A stretch of 24,268 nt of DNA from NCBI GenBank assembly GCA_013330385.1, contig DUIL01000143.1, positions 642 to 24,909 of the forward strand. Direction: 5' to 3'. A program made the position numbers and the translations under genes. Numbering within the stretch: the first letter of the stretch is position 1; the number at the start of each line of letters is the position of its first letter. The notes under the pieces were generated by a model. The model was not told the DNA's origin, ran no database searches, and saw nothing but the letters and a program-made list of their open reading frames with translations. Origin of the DNA: Candidatus Thalassarchaeaceae archaeon (lineage in GTDB: Archaea > Thermoplasmatota > Poseidoniia > Poseidoniales > Thalassarchaeaceae). Shown in pieces: positions 8,395 to 15,770 of this stretch.

Positions 8395-9348
8395 TCAGAT
8401 TAAATCACGATAGGTTTTCCATGCATCATTGTTGCACAAGTAAGTCAGCAACGACATTTGTGCCCACATTCTATTTTCAGCCTGATCTAGAATTATACTA
8501 TTTTTTGAATCAATAACGCCATCTGTGACTTCTTCTCCTCTATGTGCTGGAAGGCAGTGCATGAATGCATAATCTGGATGAGCGTGGGATACGAGTTCTT
8601 CATTAACCTGAAATCCTTCAAATGCAGCAAACTTGTCAGACATATGTTCCTCTCCCATAGAAACAAAAATATCTGTGTAAATGACTCCTGCGTCACTAAC
8701 GGCTTCCACTGGGTCGTTAGTGCCGGTGATACTAGCTCCATTCTGCTCGGCTATTTGCCTAGCACGTTGCATAACTTGTTCATTTGGTTCCATACCTAAG
8801 GGCGTGGCGTACTTCACATCGTGACCCATTGCAGCACTTGCTAGAACGAGATCATGAAACACATTGTTACCATCTCCAACCCATGAAATGTGACCTGGAG
8901 TTTTACCACGTTCGGTAATTGCCATCAAATCTGCAGCGGACTGACAGGGGTGATGTAAGTCCGATAATGCATTAATCACAGGAACCGTTGCCGTGCGAGC
9001 CAATTCAGTTACATCTGCGTGGCCGAAACAGCGGTAAGTAATTCCATCTAGATATCTAGAAAGTACTGCTGCAGTATCACCTATGGATTCGGATTTACCA
9101 AGTTGAATATCATTCTTTAGAAGTGTTAGTGGTTGCCCTCCTAATTTGTGTACACCTACCTCAAAAGATACTCTAGTTCTAGTTGATGGTTTTTCATATA
9201 TTGAGCCTATAGACATACCATCTAGTGGCTTGAAATCCTGATTAAATTCAGTATCGTTTTTGTATCGGATAGCCCATTCAATTATGTCAGGTAAATCATC
9301 GACTAAGTCATCAATGGCTAGTAAATCTCTTTTCTCAATGTCGCTCAT
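8395..9348 (-). CDS. argF: Ornithine carbamoyltransferase
   Basis: Motifs YEKPSTRTRVSFE, HPCQ, WVGDGNNV, DIFVSMG, MHCLPAHRGEEVT and QAENR. Start placed at ATG 9348 (MSDIEKRDLL), 9 nt after the RBS GGAG. Confidence 0.93.
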   Translation of the reverse strand: MSDIEKRDLLAIDDLVDDLPDIIEWAIRYKNDTEFNQDFKPLDGMSIGSIYEKPSTRTRVSFEVGVHKLGGQPLTLLKNDIQLGKSESIGDTAAVLSRYLDGITYRCFGHADVTELARTATVPVINALSDLHHPCQSAADLMAITERGKTPGHISWVGDGNNVFHDLVLASAAMGHDVKYATPLGMEPNEQVMQRARQIAEQNGASITGTNDPVEAVSDAGVIYTDIFVSMGEEHMSDKFAAFEGFQVNEELVSHAHPDYAFMHCLPAHRGEEVTDGVIDSKNSIILDQAENRMWAQMSLLTYLCNNDAWKTYRDLI

Positions 9349-10180
9349 GTTCAATATCTCCTGCAAATCCATCTCTGATGTCCGCCATGCCACCAAATAC
9401 TGTTTGTGCAAATGTCAACATATCAGCAAGCCCTTCTTCTTCTTCACTAGAAAGGGGGATTAATCCTGGTTGAATTGCAGCATGCTGCATCATCCGAAGC
9501 TGTCCTATTGCGAATTCTGCACGTGCCGTACCTTTTGTGTGATCCATTGATTCAGCAGCCGATTCTTCGTATAATGCCGCTTCGAGTACGTCAAGGTTAT
9601 CTCCCCACTCCAATATACGTGAGAGCACTTCTGGATCTAATAAATCGGCCTTGGAAAGGAAGTTTGCAGTAGGCAGCCCTAGTCTAAAATGCACTATCGA
9701 AGAAAGAAGCATTTGTGATACGAATCCACTGGGGGTTTGTGATAGCATAGGATCGAATAAGAATGCGAGACAAGCCCTTCCTTGACCAAGAACTTCAACT
9801 AGGTGACTGCTGGCTTCTCTGAACGCGAATAATTCAACTTGTCCCGGTGTGTCGATAACCAATATATCACCTGACAGGCCGTCAATCTCATCAAATACAT
9901 CCAATGCTTGTGCAGCAACTAAATCAGCGGCTAGAATTTGTGCTCCATTAGGTCCCAAATCATATTCATCCATGACATCCGAGAGTGACACTAAATCTCT
10001 AACATCAAATTCAGGGTCATAATGAACTCTTTCTGCCCCAGGATCAAGATTTATTGTTAATACATCAATCTGTAAAAACCGCGACCATCTTTGGAATGCA
10101 GTAACTAGAGTGCTCTTGCCAGCACCGGCAGTTCCAACAACGAAGATTACAGGCGGAGTAGTACCGTCTTGATTACTCAT
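9335..10180 (-). CDS. GPN-loop GTPase (XAB1/GPN family)
   Basis: G1 GTAGAGKST, NLDPG, signature LGPNG, G3 DTPGQVELF, G4 LSKAD. Likely start ATG 10180 (MSNQDG). The 3' end overlaps the argF start by 14 nt. Confidence 0.93.
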   Translation of the reverse strand: MSNQDGTTPPVIFVVGTAGAGKSTLVTAFQRWSRFLQIDVLTINLDPGAERVHYDPEFDVRDLVSLSDVMDEYDLGPNGAQILAADLVAAQALDVFDEIDGLSGDILVIDTPGQVELFAFREASSHLVEVLGQGRACLAFLFDPMLSQTPSGFVSQMLLSSIVHFRLGLPTANFLSKADLLDPEVLSRILEWGDNLDVLEAALYEESAAESMDHTKGTARAEFAIGQLRMMQHAAIQPGLIPLSSEEEEGLADMLTFAQTVFGGMADIRDGFAGDIEHERH

Positions 10181-10204
10181 GCTCAATCCTAATAGGTGGG
10201 GTAA

Positions 10205-10260
10205 TTCAACCATTCGCGAATCCATTCAGTCCCTTAGGACTGTAAGTGAGAATGGTTAAA
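10205..10260. promoter_or_regulatory. Back-to-back divergent promoter elements (imperfect 11-bp inverted repeat)
   Basis: TTCAACCATTC (10205-10215, read as GAATGGTTGAA on minus) and GAATGGTTAAA (10250-10260), 10/11 complementary. Each is oriented toward one of the two divergent genes. Confidence 0.5.
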
Positions 10261-10303
10261 CCATCCAAAGTCACGTCCGAGATTACTACCGAGGCCGTTA
10301 GAC

Positions 10304-13057
10304 ATGTCCGACCCACCTCCACTTCCCCCAGGGATGCCAACCCCTCCTCCCCCTCCTCCAGGCATGCCTCCTCCTCCTCCACCCCCAGGTTTCGAAAATA
10401 TTGAGGAAGAGGATGAGAATACAGAATTAGTTGAGAATGAATCTTTAATCGAAATTGAAGAAACCCCCCCTCTATCTATTCCCCCCCTCCCCCCCTTAGA
10501 GGTAGAGATTGCAGATAATGATGAATCAGAACTTGAAGAATCATCACTTAATGAAATAGAACCCGAAGAAGTCCACTCCTCTCCCCCTAGTATTGACTCT
10601 GAGATTCCAATACCCCCCCCTCCACCTGATTTTGACACCAACACACCTCTCCCTCCACTTCCTGTGATGGGAATAAAGGACGAGTCTGATGAGTCTGAAG
10701 AAGCCCTTGATTCGATATCATTGGAAGCCTCATTAGCTGCTTTTTCATCTACTGAATCCACTGATGATGTAGTTTGGCCAGAGCCTGAAGTTGAAACATT
10801 TTCCGAATCAATAAACGCCTTAGATGGCGTTTTTGAGGCTGATGGAGTGACTGATGTTGATTTTGCAGCAGCTATTGATGCATCTAGTAGAGAAGAAACA
10901 TCCTTGCCTCTTTCAATTAATTTACGTCCTGCTGTAGAAGTCGACTCAATCCCTGGTGACAAACTCTTTGTTACCCTGAAAGAGAAGGAAGAGGCAGTTC
11001 TCAATCCTGACGGTTCCGTCCGTCAACAAACTATTGATGGAGAGTTGATATTAAGGAATTCCAGCCGTAAAGATCGTGCTTGGGATATTGAAGTTAACTT
11101 GCAGAACACTGGAGCGACAGATATAGGCGGCGCTTCAATCAATGTAAGAGAATTAGATGCAACAGAATCGACTACACTTCCCTATACTGCCTCTGGCCCT
11201 AAGATGATGATTTTGCGAGAACATATTGATACGGAACCCGAACGCTCACAGGAACCTTCTCTTTCGATGGTATTTTCACCTGAATCCCAGGAAATTCTTA
11301 TTCGAATTAGCGTGGAAAATGTAGCTCCAGTTGCCCTTAATGACGTGGAAGTTCGTCGTGCTTTACCTGATAATTTTGATTTAACTGAAGGAGCCGAATA
11401 TGAGATTAAAGATTCGGAATTAGTTTGGAAGATAGGTAGACTTCCAGTTGGAGAGACTGCTACACTTTCTATAATCCCTAGGATTACTACTAGGAGCATA
11501 CAGCGTTTTGCAACTGGCGTTGTCCGTGCATCCTATGCTTGTGAAGCTACAGTTTCCCGTTCGCAATTCGATTCAGTCTCGTCTAGAGCCCGACAATTTG
11601 GTTATGTTAGCCCTAAGGAGGACGATAGACCTGATGTATTCCATTGTAAACTGGTTGTCGAGAATCGTTCCTCTTTCGTCGTCAGCCTTTCTGGAGCAAC
11701 GGTTTGGTTGGCAGGTCGCAGTGAACCATTCCTTGAGATGGAAGACCTCCGTGAAGATATACCCCCAGAGGGGCTATGGGATTCACTGGAAAAGCGTATA
11801 GAAACCATTGACAAACCTAATTTCACCCACGAAATTAATTATTCAATTCTTACTCGTGCTAATGTTGAATCATCAGGGGATTTAGAACTCAAGGAACGTA
11901 GTATCAAGGTACTTGATGCTTCAGTGAATAAACAGTACAGTATTAGCAGAATACGTTCATACGTCCCATCTAATCTTGATTGCACTATTATGGTTGAAAA
12001 CACAGGTTCAGCACCAATAAATGTAATACGTTTGTTAGATGATATACCTGGTATTTTCACACCTCCTTCGATTGAACAAATTCGTATTGAAATGGAAGGC
12101 ACCGACTTGAAGGATGACCAATTTAGAATAGAGGTTGTTGATGGTACTCAGTTGGAGGAGCAGTTGGTATCGCCTGATACTCAAGGGCATGCATTACGAA
12201 TTACAGTTGGAACCTCTGCTCCTTTAGGTCTTCAAGCGGGAAAATCCTTAGTTATCACTTATCCACTACACGCCGAAGACCCTTCTCCCTTGAATGATAG
12301 ATTGGGAGCCCCTGTCCGTACTGATTTTAGCATGGAGAGGTTTGGCCCTGTTGCTACTAGATATTGCAATAGATCGCCTCTAATTCGCGTAGTTCACCGT
12401 AGGCGTAGGTTCTCAACCGGGAAAGAGGTATTCCCCGCTGCAGGAGCTGGGCGATATGAAATTCTTTTGATGTTCCAAAACGATTCAGACAGTGCTCTTG
12501 ATGACCTTACTCTGCATGATGTAGTGCCTGGTACTTTCACAATTGAGCGTTCTACTGTTCGTTCTACATTATCCGGCGAGAGGGCTGTCGATTATAGTAA
12601 AGAATCAGCTCGTGAGGGTACTGCAGTAACGTGGCCAATTGGCCGAATTGAGAAGAATGAACGAATAGAGGTTGTCTTTGAAATTCAGGGTGATTCCGAA
12701 AGTGAGTACAAGGTTGCTGATGCCCAGGATTACCATGGTGCTACTTTCGGAGATGAAGTCGATGAAGAACCCAATTTGCCTGATTGGGTCGATGAAAATG
12801 CAAGAGGAATCCCTCCTATCATCCACGAGCCCATATCTGAACCAGAACCAGTTTTCGAAGAAGAACATGAACTTGAAATCGAGGAAGCAGAAGTCGATAT
12901 TAGTGAAGAAAGTCAAGTGGAATCTAAACCTTCTTTAGAAGTAGAATTGGATCCACAACCTACATTCGAGGCAGTTCCTGATATATGCCCCGTGTGTGGC
13001 ACTGAAGCTTCCATTGGGGCCTCTATGTGCGAAACATGTAGTTACCAATTTAATTGA
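10304..13057 (+). CDS. Polyproline/acidic N-terminus, multi-beta-sandwich protein (MHD-like plus DUF11-like domains), C-terminal zinc ribbon; no signal peptide
   Basis: aa1-30 MSDPPPLPPGMPTPPPPPPGMPPPPPPPGF; aa31-210 rich in D/E/P; beta-rich core aa221-800 with three V/F-[EQ]N-x(5-6)-D/N-x-x-[VL]...[LIV]P units; C-terminal CPVC-x10-CETC. Confidence 0.8.
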   Translation: MSDPPPLPPGMPTPPPPPPGMPPPPPPPGFENIEEEDENTELVENESLIEIEETPPLSIPPLPPLEVEIADNDESELEESSLNEIEPEEVHSSPPSIDSEIPIPPPPPDFDTNTPLPPLPVMGIKDESDESEEALDSISLEASLAAFSSTESTDDVVWPEPEVETFSESINALDGVFEADGVTDVDFAAAIDASSREETSLPLSINLRPAVEVDSIPGDKLFVTLKEKEEAVLNPDGSVRQQTIDGELILRNSSRKDRAWDIEVNLQNTGATDIGGASINVRELDATESTTLPYTASGPKMMILREHIDTEPERSQEPSLSMVFSPESQEILIRISVENVAPVALNDVEVRRALPDNFDLTEGAEYEIKDSELVWKIGRLPVGETATLSIIPRITTRSIQRFATGVVRASYACEATVSRSQFDSVSSRARQFGYVSPKEDDRPDVFHCKLVVENRSSFVVSLSGATVWLAGRSEPFLEMEDLREDIPPEGLWDSLEKRIETIDKPNFTHEINYSILTRANVESSGDLELKERSIKVLDASVNKQYSISRIRSYVPSNLDCTIMVENTGSAPINVIRLLDDIPGIFTPPSIEQIRIEMEGTDLKDDQFRIEVVDGTQLEEQLVSPDTQGHALRITVGTSAPLGLQAGKSLVITYPLHAEDPSPLNDRLGAPVRTDFSMERFGPVATRYCNRSPLIRVVHRRRRFSTGKEVFPAAGAGRYEILLMFQNDSDSALDDLTLHDVVPGTFTIERSTVRSTLSGERAVDYSKESAREGTAVTWPIGRIEKNERIEVVFEIQGDSESEYKVADAQDYHGATFGDEVDEEPNLPDWVDENARGIPPIIHEPISEPEPVFEEEHELEIEEAEVDISEESQVESKPSLEVELDPQPTFEAVPDICPVCGTEASIGASMCETCSYQFN

Positions 13058-13123
13058 AATCCTTCCTTCAATCATATTAGTCAGGCCGAATCCTTCAATT
13101 GACTCCTATGGAGGGGGCTAATC

Positions 13124-14044
13124 ATGGCAGCGGCAGCAGGCAGTGGTGGTGCTCAAAATCAAGGCGCTGCTGGAATGATGACTCCAATGCTATTTCTGCT
13201 TGGAATCATGATGTTATTGATGTTTAATCCCGGGCTGAGAGATACACTTTCAGATCTAGCAGGAACTGTAATTGAACCCACGCTACCGTTCCATGAGCAG
13301 TACTTCGTACCTACAGTATTCATCATTGGTTCCTCAATCATGGCTGTTAACACAATCATCCGGTCATTTTTCATGGATCCACTCACTCAAACTCATTTTT
13401 CCCATCGTAATAAGCAGATTTCCAAACAGTTACGTGAGGCCCAAGTAGCTAGAGACACAGCACGTGTAGATAAAATGAGAAAATTACAGATGGAAATGAT
13501 GCCCGATCAGATGGCTATGCAATCAGCTATGATGAGGCCGATGATGTTCACTATGGTCTTCATTATTGCAATATTTAGTTGGATGGCGAACTCCGTAATC
13601 GAATTCAGAGTCGATTATGTCAGCGTACCATGGCAACCTATGTGGAGTATGAATGGAGTAATTATGTGGATTTTCCCAGCATGGGTTGCCACATATATCA
13701 CTATGAGCGCTCCTCTTGGTAGGATAATTGATCGCCATATCAAGATTTTACGATACGGCAGACATCCTTTGATACTTGCAGGTGACACAATACCCGAGCC
13801 ATTACTCCATCTTTTACAAGAAGAAAAGGCCAAGACTTCGAGCAAAACTCGTCATAGCCAGCGCAGAAGTAGAGACGGACCTAGGAAGACAGGTGATACG
13901 GGAAGCGAATCTAGACGAGGTGGAAACCAACATGTAGCGCCACCTAAAGCGGGTACTGCATGCCCAATTTGTTCTGCTACAATGGTCACTCGATCGAGTA
14001 AAGGCAAACTCCGATGCAGTATATGTCTAAATGAATGGAGGTGA
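13124..14044 (+). CDS. DUF106/EMC3-TMCO1 family (Oxa1 superfamily) membrane protein insertase with a C-terminal basic tail and Zn ribbon
   Basis: TM1, then a coiled-coil (RNKQISKQLREAQVARDTARVDKMRKLQMEMM), then Met-rich MRPMMFTMVFIIAIFSWM, VPW and a last TM (WIFPAWVATYITMSAPLGRII). Sits directly upstream of cmk-cbf5, as in the archaeal superoperon. Confidence 0.85.
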   Translation: MAAAAGSGGAQNQGAAGMMTPMLFLLGIMMLLMFNPGLRDTLSDLAGTVIEPTLPFHEQYFVPTVFIIGSSIMAVNTIIRSFFMDPLTQTHFSHRNKQISKQLREAQVARDTARVDKMRKLQMEMMPDQMAMQSAMMRPMMFTMVFIIAIFSWMANSVIEFRVDYVSVPWQPMWSMNGVIMWIFPAWVATYITMSAPLGRIIDRHIKILRYGRHPLILAGDTIPEPLLHLLQEEKAKTSSKTRHSQRRSRDGPRKTGDTGSESRRGGNQHVAPPKAGTACPICSATMVTRSSKGKLRCSICLNEWR

Positions 14045-14048
14045 ACTA

Positions 14049-14585
14049 TTGGTTCACGTGACCATAAGCGGTGCGCCCGGCAGTGGGACCTCAACACTAG
14101 TCGCAAAGTTATGCGCATCTACAGGTTGGTCATCACTTAATGGCGGCGAGGTATTTCGTGCTGAAGCAGCACGTCGAGGCCTCTCTGTTGATGAATTCAG
14201 TGAGTTATGTAAGAATGACTTGGATGTAGATCGATACTTGGATGAATTACTAAAAAATGCGATGACGACTGAAAATGGACCTGAGATTATGGAGAGCCGA
14301 TTATCAGGTTGGTGGGCCTATGGGTTAAAATTAGATTGTCATCGTGTTTGGATTCATACTTCTGATGAAGAACGCGCACGAAGAATACAAAACCGAGAGG
14401 GGGGCGAATTCGAAACACGTCTCGAGCAGTCGATGAAAAGACAATCAGCAGATAAGGCGAGATACGCAACATTGTACGAAATCGATCTAGATGACATGAC
14501 TCCATATTCATTTGTTGTAGATGCAAACAATCTAAGTGCGGACGAAGTTTTTGAGATTGTTTGTTTGGAAATAGGGATTGATTAA
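14049..14585 (+). CDS. cmk: Cytidylate kinase, archaeal type
   Basis: VTISGAPGSGTST P-loop, GEVFR, ESRLSGW, ERARRIQNREG, RYATLYEID and YSFVVD. TTG 14049 follows RBS GGAGGTGA (14037-14044), which overlaps the upstream stop. Confidence 0.92.
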   Translation: MVHVTISGAPGSGTSTLVAKLCASTGWSSLNGGEVFRAEAARRGLSVDEFSELCKNDLDVDRYLDELLKNAMTTENGPEIMESRLSGWWAYGLKLDCHRVWIHTSDEERARRIQNREGGEFETRLEQSMKRQSADKARYATLYEIDLDDMTPYSFVVDANNLSADEVFEIVCLEIGID

Positions 14586-15557
14586 ATGGCATTACAGATA
14601 ATTGATGATTCATCCACGACCGATCCGAAATATGGTAGCGATCCCTACCAACGAGATATTGCGAGTTTACTTGATGCAGGAGTCATCTTAGTCAACAAGC
14701 CACGAGGGCCAAGCAGTCATCAATTAACTGCATGGGCCAGAGAAATGTTAGGTATGCAGCGTCTAGGGCATGGTGGCACATTAGATCCATTTGCAACTGG
14801 CCTGCTCACAATGTTGTGTGGACGAGCCACACGTTTGACTGACATGGTACTTACAGGAGATAAGAGATACGTTGCAGTGCTCAGATTTGGTAAGGCTGTT
14901 GAAGAATCAGATTTAATTCCGCTTCTTGAAAATCTCACTGGTGAAATATACAACGTCCCACCTCTTGAGTCTGCTGTCAAGGTTCAAGTCCGAACAAGAA
15001 TCATTCACGAAATGAAACTTATTGATTCAGAAGGTGATTCTCGAATCTTTGCGTTGACTATTTCTTGCAATGCAGGCACATATATTCGAACTTTGGCTAG
15101 AGATATGGGATTGCTATCAGGGACCTCGTGTGAATTAATGGAATTACATAGAGACTACACCGGGTCATTTAACCAATCCAATGCATGCACTATGCAACAA
15201 TTGACAGACGCAGTTTTCCTATGGCGGGAGCATGATGATGATCGTGCCCTACGTCATCTTATTGCACCGGTAGAATCAATCCTCAATCATATACCTAAAA
15301 TTGTGATTAAAGACGGAGCCACTGCTGCCATTTCACACGGTGCCGCATTAACAAGACCCGGCATAGTTGGCATTGACGATTCGATAGAAAAGGGCTCTCT
15401 TGTAGTTCTACAGAGTCTCAAAGGTGAAGCTGTTGCAATTGCCGAGACCAACTTTTCTGCAACAAAAATAACCTCAATAGAATATGGAGAGGTAGCTAGG
15501 CCAAAGGTAGTTCTAATGCCGGCTGGGACTTATCCGCAAACATGGTCAAAGCAATGA
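14586..15557 (+). CDS. truB: H/ACA RNA-guided pseudouridine synthase Cbf5 (archaeal TruB/Pus4)
   Basis: DPKYGSDP...GVILVNKPRGPSSHQ, catalytic GHGGTLDPFATG, PPLESAVKVQVRTR, CNAGTYIRTL, and a C-terminal PUA domain (AISHGAALTRPGI...KGEAVAIA). Confidence 0.95.
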   Translation: MALQIIDDSSTTDPKYGSDPYQRDIASLLDAGVILVNKPRGPSSHQLTAWAREMLGMQRLGHGGTLDPFATGLLTMLCGRATRLTDMVLTGDKRYVAVLRFGKAVEESDLIPLLENLTGEIYNVPPLESAVKVQVRTRIIHEMKLIDSEGDSRIFALTISCNAGTYIRTLARDMGLLSGTSCELMELHRDYTGSFNQSNACTMQQLTDAVFLWREHDDDRALRHLIAPVESILNHIPKIVIKDGATAAISHGAALTRPGIVGIDDSIEKGSLVVLQSLKGEAVAIAETNFSATKITSIEYGEVARPKVVLMPAGTYPQTWSKQ

Positions 15558-15609
15558 AATCATTGCATTTCATGTTCTTCATATACCCACTCATCAGTTT
15601 CTATGCGGA

Positions 15610-15761
15610 CCTTTAGTTTCATCATCGAAAACACACACCACCGGCCCGTTTGACTGAGCGCGGTAGGCCTACTTGCCAGTTATATCAGGTATAACTATTA
15701 CCTGATTCTCGGTGATTATCAGTCGAACGAGAGTCTAAGAAGGTACAAATCGTGCTTTTTT
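15610..15761 (+). ncRNA. Candidate structured small RNA of unknown class
   Basis: 213-nt gap between convergent genes. 11-bp stem 15647-15657/15719-15729 enclosing further hairpins. Upstream TTCATATAC (15578-15586), T6 tract at 15756-15761. Ends are estimated. Confidence 0.4.
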
Positions 15762-15770
15762 GTAATTCTC

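Noticed and set aside
10234-11004. 256-aa minus-strand Gly/Ser-rich ORF
   Set aside because: It is the antisense mirror of the Pro/Glu-rich coding strand (CCN read as NGG/GG-rich codons), with no independent signal.
15544-15611. Hammerhead-like CTGATGA...GAAA on the minus strand
   Set aside because: Stem II lacks the G-C closing pair and stem I cannot form next to the core.
15650-15735. TPP-riboswitch-like words CTGAG and CCTGAT
   Set aside because: UGAGA is absent, the spacing is wrong, and no gene lies downstream on that strand.
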